Below are positions 36,086-46,213 of a DNA stretch of 64,000 nucleotides, piece by piece. The position numbers and the translations under genes were made by a program. The first letter of the stretch is position 1. The number at the start of each line of letters is the position of its first letter. Below the pieces are notes generated by a model. The model had not been told where the DNA came from. It did not search any database and saw only the letters and a program-made list of their open reading frames with translations. The DNA is from a bacterium (lineage in GTDB: Bacteria > Electryoneota > Electryoneia > Electryoneales > Electryoneaceae). Location: contig CAXXKJ010000002.1 in the NCBI GenBank assembly GCA_963675295.2, forward strand, positions 4,256,001 to 4,320,000, given 5' to 3'.

Positions 36086-37897
36086 ATGGCGTTCGATGAT
36101 GATCTGATCCGGCGGGTACGCGAATCCACGGACATCGTGGAGATCGTGAGCGAATATGTCTCGTTGAAAAAACGCGGGCGGGTGAACTGGTTTGGCCTGT
36201 CGCCGTTTGTCGACGAAAAGACGCCGTCGTTCTCTGTCCACGAGGAGCGGCAGATCTTCCACGACTTTTCGTCCGGCGAGGGCGGCAATGTCTTCACCTT
36301 CATCATGAAGATGGAGGGGATCAGCTTCCCGGAAGCGGTCCGGCGTCTGGCGCAACGCGCGCACATCCAGGTCGAGGACGAACGCGGCCGCAAGCCCTCC
36401 GGCGAAACCGACGCTATCTACCACGCCAACGAACTTGCAGCCAAGTACTACCGTCACCATTTGCTCGAGGGCAGCGGCCCCGACTCGCAGTTCGCACGCG
36501 ACTATCTCGAGCAGCGCGGCATCACCGCGGAGCTGAGCGAAAAGTTCAAGCTCGGCCTGTCGCCGCCGGAGTGGGACGGTCTGCTCGCCGTCGCCCGCCG
36601 CCGCAAGCACAAGGACTTCATCCTCGAGAAGGCCGGGCTGATCCGTCGCAGCGAACGCACCGGCAATTACTACGACTATTTCCGTGGCAGGCTGATGTTC
36701 CCGATCCTCAACGCCGGCGCGCAGGTGGTCGGGTTTGGCGGACGGATTCTGCGTGACGACCCGGAGAAACGCGAGCCGAAGTACATCAATACGCAGGAGA
36801 CGCCGGTCTATCACAAGGGCCGCCTGGTGTACGGTCTCACGCAGGCGCGTGGCGCGATGCGGCAGCAGGGCACCGCCGTGTTTGTCGAGGGCTACACGGA
36901 CGTGATCGCCATGCACGGCGGCGGCTTCGACCACACCGTCGCCGGGTTGGGTACCGCGTTGACCTCAGATCAGGCGTCGCTGGTGAAACGGTTCGCGCGC
37001 AAGGTGGTGTTGCTGTACGATTCCGATGCCGCTGGGAATATTGCCGCCAACCGTGGCGCGGACGTTCTCGCCGGATCGGGGCTGGATGTGCGGGTCGCGT
37101 TGATGCCAGCGGGGGACGATCCGGACACGTTGATCCGTGACCAGGGCGCGGACGCGATGACCGCCACGCTCGAAAATGCGATGCCGCTGGTCGATTTCAA
37201 GATCGACTACTTCCGCCGCCAGGGTGCGTTGGACACCCCGCAAGGCAAGGCCGAAGCCGCACGTGCGATTCTTGACACGTTGACCCGCATCGACGACGAG
37301 ATCACCCGCCAGATGGCGATGAAGGACGCCGCAATCAAGCTCGGGGTCGAGGAACGCGTGCTCGCGCGTGAGCTGCAACGCACCAGCAACAAGAGTTCCG
37401 GACGCGCTCGTGCGGTGCGTGAGGAAGAAAAGAAACCGCTCAGCGGGGATGAGAAGCTGCTGCGTGACATGCTGCGTGTCCTCGTTCACCACCCCGACCG
37501 TCGCAGCGAAGTGTTCGCGTTCTTCCGTTCCGCCGACCTCGGCGACCACCGCCTGCGGCCCGTTTTCGAAGCGTTGGAAGCTGCGCACATCGAGGGCCAG
37601 CCGATCACCGAAGCCGACCTCTACGACCGCTTCGCGGAACAGGACCACCTGATCAAGTTCATCGGCTCGATTCTGAACAAGACCGCGCCGGATGAGGGCG
37701 ATTTTGTCGGCCGCATCATTGAGGATGCGCCGGACGTATTCCGCATGCGGGAGATCGAAAACGAACTGTCGGAACTGCGGCAACGCGGCCAACAGGGAGT
37801 TTCCAGCGACGACGACCTTCGCCGCCGGCAGGAATTGCGGATGGAACTGGTCGAGTTGAAGAAGAAGCGCGCGCAGATCGAGAAGCCGTACAAATAG
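36086..37897 (+). CDS. dnaG: DNA primase
   Basis: GLSPF.DEKTPSF zinc-finger-like region, FRGRLMFPI, PKYINT.ETP.YHKG, VEGYTDV, LYDSDAAG, DPD TOPRIM motifs. Confidence 0.97.
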   Translation: MAFDDDLIRRVRESTDIVEIVSEYVSLKKRGRVNWFGLSPFVDEKTPSFSVHEERQIFHDFSSGEGGNVFTFIMKMEGISFPEAVRRLAQRAHIQVEDERGRKPSGETDAIYHANELAAKYYRHHLLEGSGPDSQFARDYLEQRGITAELSEKFKLGLSPPEWDGLLAVARRRKHKDFILEKAGLIRRSERTGNYYDYFRGRLMFPILNAGAQVVGFGGRILRDDPEKREPKYINTQETPVYHKGRLVYGLTQARGAMRQQGTAVFVEGYTDVIAMHGGGFDHTVAGLGTALTSDQASLVKRFARKVVLLYDSDAAGNIAANRGADVLAGSGLDVRVALMPAGDDPDTLIRDQGADAMTATLENAMPLVDFKIDYFRRQGALDTPQGKAEAARAILDTLTRIDDEITRQMAMKDAAIKLGVEERVLARELQRTSNKSSGRARAVREEEKKPLSGDEKLLRDMLRVLVHHPDRRSEVFAFFRSADLGDHRLRPVFEALEAAHIEGQPITEADLYDRFAEQDHLIKFIGSILNKTAPDEGDFVGRIIEDAPDVFRMREIENELSELRQRGQQGVSSDDDLRRRQELRMELVELKKKRAQIEKPYK

Positions 37898-37944
37898 AGA
37901 AGGAAAACCCAAGCACGAATGCTTGGGCTGGGTGGACAGTAGTG

Positions 37945-38160
37945 TCAGTCTTTTCGTTCTCTCGAACGTGGGATTGTCTTCGTCACCAGTTCTTGAGCTG
38001 CATCCTTACCGAGCTCCTGAACCGGATCTGAACCGCCGAGAAGACCAAGCGTTAGAGCTTTCAATGCCTTGTCTGTGCCTCGACGAATCGATCGGCCAAG
38101 CATGTCATCATTGGTGCGATAGGCGTTTTTTTCGTCTTCATCACTTGCAAAGATGCCCAT
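37945..38160 (-). CDS. Small hypothetical protein (71 aa)
   Basis: ATG at 38160 preceded by GGAGGG RBS, downstream of an AT-rich promoter-like region; no recognisable family. Confidence 0.45.
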   Translation of the reverse strand: MGIFASDEDEKNAYRTNDDMLGRSIRRGTDKALKALTLGLLGGSDPVQELGKDAAQELVTKTIPRSRERKD

Positions 38161-38306
38161 GTCCAAACCCTCCAGCTATGTTGCTGCCCGGCTATTAAAA
38201 GTAATAATTAAGATTGCTACAGGCGATCATTAATCGACAAACAGTGAAATTCTCTTGGAGCATAGTAGTATAGCAGTCGTTAGTTTTTGCAAGGAATCTG
38301 AGATAC

Positions 38307-38777
38307 ATGGCAGGTTTTATTCTCAGCGACGAGGAAAAAGCGCTGGTGCGGGCCGCCCTGCAGCAGGCGTTCGCGCTGCCTGATTCACTCTCGGAAGAGG
38401 ACCACGTCAAGCGCGTGCTGCGTATCCGGAACCAGTTGGAAGCGGATGTGCTGAAGCTGACCGACTACCGGATCAAGACGCGTCCGTGGTTGATCGGCGG
38501 CTGGATTGTGACCTCGTTGCTGGGGCTCGCGGTGATCGGGCTGGCGTTGTGGCGGGCATTCGTGCGCTATGAGTCCCCGGTGCCGGCGTTGGACGATCCG
38601 ATGGCGTTCCTGCTCTGGTTCGGGATCGCGTTTCTCGTCGCCTGGCTGCCGGTGCTGATCGCGTGGCTGCGGGCACGGTCGATCCGGATCCGCTACGAAA
38701 CCAGCGAAGTACCGGATACCGGCCCGGCCCTGACCGCGTTCGACGTGGCAATTGTGCGACGGTTCGTTCGGTCGTAG
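38307..38777 (+). CDS. Small two-TM membrane protein, hypothetical
   Basis: Two hydrophobic helices, genome-typical codon usage. Confidence 0.65.
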   Translation: MAGFILSDEEKALVRAALQQAFALPDSLSEEDHVKRVLRIRNQLEADVLKLTDYRIKTRPWLIGGWIVTSLLGLAVIGLALWRAFVRYESPVPALDDPMAFLLWFGIAFLVAWLPVLIAWLRARSIRIRYETSEVPDTGPALTAFDVAIVRRFVRS

Positions 38778-39043
38778 ACCATCGCCCCCCTGTATCTCCT
38801 GGCTTTCTCGCGGTTTATCACCAACCGGCTCTTCCACCAACACTCTGTCACAAGTCTTGAACAGACAAAGACTTAACTCCTCTATCTCCGCTGATAGAAG
38901 GCGTCTCCTTCACTAGAGCAGAAAATCCATAAAACAACTGTTCTCACTTGCATTGGCCAGCTACAAATCCGATACTTCGCTTATGTTAGGGAAACCGAAC
39001 TTTATAAGTATCAGGCATGGGGGCTTTAACAGGGGACAGAAAG

Positions 39044-41157
39044 ATGAAGGGCATGCGAATCGCGTTTGTTGTACTGCTGTGTGTAATAGTAGCCGGCAGT
39101 GTGTACGCTGAGTGGGAGTTCTTGAACGGTCCGGAAGGCGGCACGATTGAGAAGCTGTTCTACGCGTCTGATGGAACCGTGTATGCGATTTCGGGATCGG
39201 CAGGGATCTTCTATTCGATGGATGACGGGGCATCCTGGTACGCCACGTCCTACACCGGTCCGGAACCAGCGGTTGTTTCCGAATCGCCGTCCGGTCGGAT
39301 GTCATGGTCGATCGTTTCAATCCAGACGTGTTTTATTCGGACGATCATTTCATGACCATCGAGACCATGGACGGTCCGGCTGGCGGTGCCTTGGAGTCAG
39401 TGTATGCGTTCAGCGATGATATTGTCCTGGCTGCGGGCCGAGGTGGTGGAACGCTCGCCTTTTATCGTACTACGGATGGTGGTGGTTCCTGGAATTCAGT
39501 GTTGAATGCAGGCTTCATCGGGTTCGATCCGATTTACACACCGGGGAATGGCGGATTGTTTGTCGGCTTTGAAATCGGGTACAATCTTCAGTTTACCGGC
39601 AATCAGGGTGAATCGTTCACGCAGAAAGCAGACCCTGATGGCAATCCCGGGATGGTTTTCCTGCTGGCGACCGATCAGGACAACCTGGTCGCTGGACGCG
39701 GGATGAACATCTTCCGCAGCACCGACGCTGGTGATTCTTGGACCGAGGTATATGAACAGGCGGATGGTCTGCTCATGGGTGGCGATGTTGGTCCTGACGG
39801 TACGTTGTATGCGCGGCATACGGGCGGTACGAACGCGTATTCCTCCGATGACGGCCAGACCTGGACGACGGTGCAGGACAACTACGACATTTTTGAAGCC
39901 ACGAACGATATCTGTGTCACCGACGGCAACTTCATCATGGCTGGCGGACGCGGTTGCTTCGTCCGGGATGGGGTTGGCGACGACTGGATGGTGAGCAACT
40001 CCGGTCTTGTTGCCTCGACAGTAGGGTCGGTGATTGCGTCCTCGACGGGGCACGTCGCGGCGGGCACCGCCGGTGGATTCTTCCACACGATGGCTCCGAA
40101 CGGGACCTGGACCGCACGTGACGAACCAGCGAACACGGTTGGCATGAACCAGAACGGCACCATGTTCGCCGGCAGCCTCAACCAGCTGGTGGTCTCGACG
40201 GACAACGGCGCAACCTGGACCAGCGCAACCGGCATTCCGGAAGCCACGGTCCGTTTTGTCCTCTTCGAAAGCCCAGGCTCGTACATGTTCGCCAACGTAC
40301 AGGGAACCATCCCGCTCGGGTTGTACCGGTCGGCCGATAACGGTGACAACTGGTCACAGCTCACCGACTGGTTTGTCAACGACATCGCGGTGGCGGCGAA
40401 CGGCGACATGTATGTCGTCACCACCACCGAAGGCTTCGGCATTTCCACCGACAACGGCGACAGCTGGAGCTGGCCACACGCACAGTTCAACCAGTTTGAG
40501 GTGGAACTCGGCCCGGATGGCCAGATTTATCGCGCAACCAGCGAAAGCACTGATATCTCCACGGATGGCGGAAGCTCGTGGACCGACATCAGCAGCAATG
40601 CTCTGCCGGACGGTGTCGATTTTGTGAACATGACCGTCAACGCGCTTGGCGTGACCGGTGACGGCACCATTTTCATGGACATGGACTGGTACAGCAGTTG
40701 GCCGGAGTTGGTCACTGGCGGCGCTGTATACATTTCGGATGACGAAGGGCAGTCGTGGGAAGCGATCAACGGCTGGCGTGCTACCAGCTTCAACCACGGG
40801 GCCGACGGGTATTTGTACGCCGGTACCTCGCAGGGTGTGATGCGCATCATGAGCGGTGCGGATGTGGCTGAGGCCGACATCCTGCAACCGTCGGAGTATA
40901 CCCTGCGGCAGAACTACCCGAATCCGTTCAATCCGTCCACGTCGATTTCGTTCTCCTTGCAGCAGCCGGGCCACACGCAGCTGGTGGTTTACAACCTGAC
41001 CGGCCAGCGCGTGGCGACGCTCTACGACGGCCAGCTCAGCGCCGGATTGCACTCTGCACGGTTTGATGCGGCAGGCCTCGCCAGCGGGGTCTACCTGTAC
41101 CAGCTTTCACAGGATGGACAGCCCGCTCTTACGCGGAGGATGATGTTGCTGAAATAG
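39044..41157 (+). pseudogene. Secreted BNR/Asp-box beta-propeller (sialidase/VPS10-like) T9SS cargo split by a frameshift near 39300
   Basis: Signal peptide and first Asp-box (YSMDDGASW) in one frame; remaining S.D.G.TW repeats and NYPNPFNPST CTD in another frame; one added base near 39302 restores continuity. Confidence 0.7.
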
Positions 41158-41305
41158 CCGGAGTTGTGCGCAGATCAAGAACGTGCAGTTTTCAATTACC
41201 CCGGTCGAATCTCTGAATTGATCGGGGCAGGTTGGTTTTAAACCTGCACGCGTTTATCTTCGGTATCCTTCTCACGGACGGTTAACCAGATCCGGCCAAG
41301 AACGA

Positions 41306-41692
41306 ATGACGTTTTCCATTCAGAACATCGTTGCGGTTGCGTTGGCGGGTGCCGCGGGCACCTTGCTTCGGTATGGCCTTGCTGGCTGGGTCGAACGCAT
41401 GTCTGCGCCCGGATTTCCGTGGGGAACGTTAACCGTCAACCTCGTCGGCTGCTTCCTCGCGGGCTTGCTGGTAACCTGGATCGGGCTGCGCGCGTCAGTG
41501 GACCCGACCTTGCGTACCGCGATCCTCGTCGGTTTCCTCGGAGCGTTCACCACCTTCTCGACGTTTATCGTCGACGCGAACACGTTGCTGAAGACGGCGT
41601 CCTGGATGCAGGCGGGAGCCTATGTGTTGCTGCAGAACGGCGTCGGGCTGCTGGCGTTGGCCGGCGGGATCGCGATTGCGCGGTTTTTGTGA
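41306..41692 (+). CDS. crcB: Fluoride efflux channel Fluc/CrcB
   Basis: GAAGTLLRY, FPWGTLTVNLVGCF, GFLGAFTTFSTF signature. Confidence 0.93.
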   Translation: MTFSIQNIVAVALAGAAGTLLRYGLAGWVERMSAPGFPWGTLTVNLVGCFLAGLLVTWIGLRASVDPTLRTAILVGFLGAFTTFSTFIVDANTLLKTASWMQAGAYVLLQNGVGLLALAGGIAIARFL

Positions 41693-41722
41693 GTCCTCAG
41701 TCCTGAAGCTTAAACGAAACAT

Positions 41723-41865
41723 GCCCCAGACATTCAGGTCTGGGATCAGCCGCCCGTTAAACAATACTGCCGCTGTGCCTGTTCGGACCTGCCCTCGGGC
41801 TTCAGCCCGGGATTTGCTGTGGATCAGTGAACCACAGGACCACGCCCTCGGACTTCAGTCCGGGA
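41723..41865. repeat. Cluster of three REP-like hairpins with TTCAG cores
   Basis: gccccagacattcaggtctggga; gccctcgggcttcagcccggga; gccctcggacttcagtccggga. Confidence 0.75.
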
Positions 41866-42000
41866 TTATCCGGACGAGCTCGCTTGCCGATGCCCGCGGG
41901 AGCTTCTTTTCGCTACCGCAGCTGATCCGACAGGCTACATGATCAGTATCACGTCCGCGTCAGCAAGCTGACACGGGCACATCTTAGGGTTTGTCTTTAA

Positions 42001-42028
42001 CTCATCACTCACAACTCACAACTCACCA
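42001..42028. repeat. Heptamer tandem repeat (CTCAYMA x4)
   Basis: ctcatca ctcacaa ctcacaa ctcacca just downstream of the 42035 stop. Confidence 0.8.
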
Positions 42029-42034
42029 CTCGAA

Positions 42035-43831
42035 TCACTTCACCACCACCAGCTTCTGCATCCCAACATCCTCTCCTCCCGCTCGTACGCTAAGGAAATA
42101 CGCCCCGCTCGCCAGTTGGGACACGTCCACCGGTGTCCTGAACTGTCCAGCCGGCACCTGGTTGTGCGTCACCGAGCTCACCTGTCGTCCGAGCACGTCG
42201 AACAGACGGACGTTGATATCCGCCACATCCGGCAGTTCGATCGACAGCAGGCTGCTGTTGATGCTTGGATTCGGGGAGAGGTGGAACGCGTAGTCGTCGT
42301 AGAACTGGTCTGGATCCGGCGCGGCGGGCTCGTCGTCTTCCGCATCGTCGTCATCTTCGATGATGGTGATCGCATTCGCCCACATCCAATCCGGGTCGAG
42401 GAAGTCCGGCACGAAGATCCCATTGGAATCCGGTTCGACGAAGGAAAACGAGCAATGGTCGAACACCAGCCCGAGCACGTTGATCGGTTCCGACACTCCC
42501 TCCTCGCCATCTTTCCACAGATCGGCCCGGCGTCCACTGTTGGCGATGCGCACGTTGTACGGGTAGCTCGTCTCGAACGTACACCGTTCAGCGCGCAGGT
42601 TTGCGCCGGAGTTGATCAGCAGGCCGGAATAGGTTGTCGACAGGTCGTCGTCGTACAGCAACCCGAGGCCGTTGTTCCGGAACGTACACTCCCGCAGCTC
42701 AATCGGTCCGGGTGAGATTTCCCAGAACAGGCCTGACCCGTAATTGTTTTCCATCGTGCAGTTGGCCATGTTGACCGAATCGCTGTAGCGATCGAACCAG
42801 ATCCCGGTGGTGAGATTATCCACTGCGGTCACGTTGTCCATCATGACATTGGCCACGCCGTACAGCTTCATTCCCGCGACCTGCCAGTTGCCCGCATCGA
42901 CGTGGTAGCCACGCCAGTTGTTCTCCGTCAGGCTGACATCGACAAAGTCCAGGTTGAGGCTGAATGACGGCTGGATGCCGTTGTAGCCGTTCCGGGTAGC
43001 GACGGTATTTTCCGCAACGAACGAGTCCATCAGGCTGACCGCGATCCCGTCTTCGACGTTGTCGCGTACCAGGCAGTTGGTGACGGTGAGGTTGTCAGTC
43101 TGGGTGGCGAGAATGCCGGTCTTTGCGTGCTGAACGACGAGGTTCTCCAGCGTGACGGAATTCATCCGCACGAAATTCAGTCCCTGCGGCCGTACCACAG
43201 CTTCGACGGTGTGATCCGCGGGATCGCCACCATCCTCGAGCCACACGTACAACTTGTCATTGTCCTGATCGACGAGAAACGTTCCCGGTCCGGCTTCTTC
43301 CACGGTCAGGATCTGGGTCAGGCGTTGCCCGTCAACCCACACACCTTCCCAACGGGAAACGTATTCCGCGCGATAACTGTTGTCCGGATCATTGCCGTAG
43401 AACCACCAGACAACAGCCTTGTCGTTCTCGTTATAGGGTGGATAGCCTTTGAACAGGTCATACGGCCAGTCGGTGACATACTCAGTCGCGGAGACAGCGG
43501 TCCAGCCGTTCAGAATAGCACTGCCCTTGATCACCGGCCGATCGGTCAGATCTCCCTCGATGATCAGGTCTGCCGGAATGCCGAGCCACCCAGCCTTGGA
43601 CACCTTTTCCCGGTACACTCCCGGTCGCAGATGGATATGCAACACGTCACCGGGTTGATAGTCCACCGCTCGGGTGAGTGCAGTGCTGATGTTGGGGTAG
43701 GGTGCAACGAGGCTGCCATTCCCGGGTGGAGAGGCGTTATCGTCCACGTAAACGTGGTTCACAATAGCCAGTGCGGGAACAGCACACAGAAAAAAGAGCA
43801 CAAACAGAATACGGGGCACAGGCGTTCGCAT
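42035..43831 (-). CDS. Secreted right-handed parallel beta-helix protein with T9SS CTD, tandem paralog 2
   Basis: Start ATG 43831 after GGAGG; GNGS...PY.NI..A, PGVYRE, GIWFD, GLFWEISPGP; SPNPSIN...FDVLGR...LASGAYF. Confidence 0.85.
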   Translation of the reverse strand: MRTPVPRILFVLFFLCAVPALAIVNHVYVDDNASPPGNGSLVAPYPNISTALTRAVDYQPGDVLHIHLRPGVYREKVSKAGWLGIPADLIIEGDLTDRPVIKGSAILNGWTAVSATEYVTDWPYDLFKGYPPYNENDKAVVWWFYGNDPDNSYRAEYVSRWEGVWVDGQRLTQILTVEEAGPGTFLVDQDNDKLYVWLEDGGDPADHTVEAVVRPQGLNFVRMNSVTLENLVVQHAKTGILATQTDNLTVTNCLVRDNVEDGIAVSLMDSFVAENTVATRNGYNGIQPSFSLNLDFVDVSLTENNWRGYHVDAGNWQVAGMKLYGVANVMMDNVTAVDNLTTGIWFDRYSDSVNMANCTMENNYGSGLFWEISPGPIELRECTFRNNGLGLLYDDDLSTTYSGLLINSGANLRAERCTFETSYPYNVRIANSGRRADLWKDGEEGVSEPINVLGLVFDHCSFSFVEPDSNGIFVPDFLDPDWMWANAITIIEDDDDAEDDEPAAPDPDQFYDDYAFHLSPNPSINSSLLSIELPDVADINVRLFDVLGRQVSSVTHNQVPAGQFRTPVDVSQLASGAYFLSVRAGGEDVGMQKLVVVK

Positions 43832-43899
43832 TGAACTACCTCCCTGTCCCCCATCCATACATATTTCTCCCAGCCTTAAATGTAACTCCTATCTATTCC

Positions 43900-43935
43900 A
43901 ACAAAAACAAAACCGGCACAGGTTTCTGTGCCGGT
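43900..43935 (-). terminator. Probable intrinsic terminator between the paralogs
   Basis: Minus strand ACCGGCACAG-aaac-CTGTGCCGGT then TTTGTTTTTGTT. Confidence 0.65.
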
Positions 43936-44031
43936 CAGAGCGCTCTGAAAGTGGTCAATTTGCCTGTTCAAAGCCAACACCGGTATCAAAAAGCCCGATG
44001 TTCGCGAGGAGACAGCTGTCCGAATCTCCAG

Positions 44032-45828
44032 TTACTTGATAATGCTGATCTTTTTCGTCGCGATCTGCCTGTCGGCGGCGTAGACGTTAACGAAGTACAT
44101 CCCGCTCGCCAATCGCGAACCGTCGATATTCGCCCGGTGAATCCCGACCGGCACCTGTTCGTACACATCCTCTCGTACCAGCCTGCCGAGAATGTCATAC
44201 ACCCGGATCTTCAAATCGGACACTTCCGGCAACTCAACCGACAGCACTACTGCGGCATTGGAGGGATTCGGGGACGCCGACACCTGGAAGGATCCGCCGA
44301 TATCCGAGAGGAATTGCGGCGGCGTGATCAGGTTCGCCAGCCACTGCGGGGTGATCTGGATGCAATTTGTCCAGAAGTTCTCCGGATCAAGCCAGTGCGG
44401 CACGTAGAAATTGTACCACGGATCCAGATCATGGGTGAAGGTGCAGTAGCTGATCGCTACGTTGTCCACGTCGATCGGTTCCGACATGCCCGACTGGCCC
44501 AGCTCCCACAACGGCGCACACCGCCCACTGTTCGCCATCTCGATGTTGTATGGTTTGTTTTGGTTGAACTGGCAATTGTTAAGCGTCAGGTTGTTGCCGG
44601 AATTAATCAGCAGGCCGGAATAGGTCGTCAACAGATCAGGCTGCTGCGACAGCGCCGCACCATTGTAGCGCACGATGCAATCGGTCATGGTAATCGGCCC
44701 GGGCGAGATTTCCCAGAACAAGCCGGTGCCGTAGTTCGACACCATCCGGCAATTTGTCATCTCCACTCGATCGCTGTACCGGTCGAACCACACACCTGGC
44801 GCGTAGTTGTCGCGCACGTCTACATCGGTCATCGTGACCCCGGAGACACCGTAAAGCTTCGCCCCCGCGACCCGCCAGTTGGCGGCGTTGACATCCGCCC
44901 CGCGCCAGTTGTTTTCCCAGATGTTAACGTACTGCAGCGTGACGTTGTAGCTGAAGGAAGGGTGCAGCCCGTTATAGCCATTCGCGTTGATGTCGGTGTT
45001 GTAGATCGAAAGGCTGTCCAGCCGGCCGGTCATCACCCCTTCCCAGGTGTTTTCCTGCACCAGGCAGTTGCGCAATTCCAGCGAACCGCAGTTGGACGCG
45101 TACACCCCGATCTGGCAGTGCTCGAACACAAGATTCTTCAGGACAACGCTGTACATCTGGTAGAAGTTGGTGCCATACTGGCGGGTGGTGACTTCGACGG
45201 TGCGGCCATTTGGTGTGCCGCCGGGTTCCATGAACAGGTACAGCCAGTCGTTGTTCTGATTTACGATGAATGTCCGGTCCCATCCTTCGCCGGGTCTCAA
45301 GGATTGCCGGGCACGTTCGCCGTCGACCCACATCCCTTCCCAGCGGGAAAGATACACCGCGCGGTAGATGTCATTGGGATCGTTTCCGTAGAACCAGTTG
45401 CAGACATACTTATCGTCCGGGTCCCACTCGGGGTAGCCGGTGTACAGATCGAGATCCCACTCGGTTCTGTAGCGGGATGAGCCCAACGCGTTCCATTCGC
45501 TGAAAACGTCGCTACCTTTGACCACCGGACGGTCATCCGGGTCCATACCTTCGATGATCACTTTAACTTCATCGTCGAGCCAGCCGGATTTGGCGATCGT
45601 TTCGCGGTAATTTCCGGGGAACACGTGGATGTGCAATACATCACCGGAGGGATAGCCGGAGTTGTAACGGAGAGCGTCGTTGATGAACCGGTAAGGCTGA
45701 TCGAGGGTTCCGAGACCGGCGCCGGTAACATCGTCGTCAATGTAGACGTGATGGACTTCTGCCTGCACCTGACTGAAAAATACAAAAATCGAGAATACTA
45801 CAACAGCTGAAAAACCCTGAAATCTCAT
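44032..45828 (-). CDS. Secreted right-handed parallel beta-helix protein with T9SS CTD, tandem paralog 1
   Basis: Start ATG 45828 after GGAGG; colinear with 42035 gene (WFYGNDP...Y.SRWEG.WVDG, WFDRYSD, TTYSGLLINSG, ANSGR); SPNPSNA...YDILGR...LASGMYF. Confidence 0.85.
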   Translation of the reverse strand: MRFQGFSAVVVFSIFVFFSQVQAEVHHVYIDDDVTGAGLGTLDQPYRFINDALRYNSGYPSGDVLHIHVFPGNYRETIAKSGWLDDEVKVIIEGMDPDDRPVVKGSDVFSEWNALGSSRYRTEWDLDLYTGYPEWDPDDKYVCNWFYGNDPNDIYRAVYLSRWEGMWVDGERARQSLRPGEGWDRTFIVNQNNDWLYLFMEPGGTPNGRTVEVTTRQYGTNFYQMYSVVLKNLVFEHCQIGVYASNCGSLELRNCLVQENTWEGVMTGRLDSLSIYNTDINANGYNGLHPSFSYNVTLQYVNIWENNWRGADVNAANWRVAGAKLYGVSGVTMTDVDVRDNYAPGVWFDRYSDRVEMTNCRMVSNYGTGLFWEISPGPITMTDCIVRYNGAALSQQPDLLTTYSGLLINSGNNLTLNNCQFNQNKPYNIEMANSGRCAPLWELGQSGMSEPIDVDNVAISYCTFTHDLDPWYNFYVPHWLDPENFWTNCIQITPQWLANLITPPQFLSDIGGSFQVSASPNPSNAAVVLSVELPEVSDLKIRVYDILGRLVREDVYEQVPVGIHRANIDGSRLASGMYFVNVYAADRQIATKKISIIK

Positions 45829-46213
45829 GCGACTCAACCTCCACGGCGACCGCGGCCCGCAAAATATATGAATCCAGTCCGCCTACTCCCCCGGAGAAGC
45901 AACAATAACGATAATACTTCTAAGCGGAATTACCAAAAAGAGACGCTTGCAGTTTCTGCATTTCGTACTCCAAAATCAAGGGTCGGCTCTCGAGAAGTTA
46001 CAATAATGATGCGAACGCTAGTGTTTATGGGCTTTGAGCCGTTTTCGGCGTGACTCCAGGTTATTATTATGATATTTCTTTCTCTATTGTTAGTGTTTTA
46101 GTTGAAAAGACTGTCAATTGAGACGAGCGTAATAGTCATAAAAAACGTGGTGCGATTGCGTCTGATTGCAGTGAACCTCGGCTAATTGTACCGGCCTGTT
46201 GAAAGGACACGGG

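Noticed and set aside
41158-41305. Fluoride riboswitch upstream of crcB
   Set aside because: Two hairpins are present but the GGCGAUG...AAAC...GCUAAUGAC-type core could not be found; more likely terminator structures of the upstream gene
46151-46170. Metal-regulator operator upstream of the TauE gene (TGCGAT...ATTGCA)
   Set aside because: Single weak imperfect palindrome with no second instance to support it
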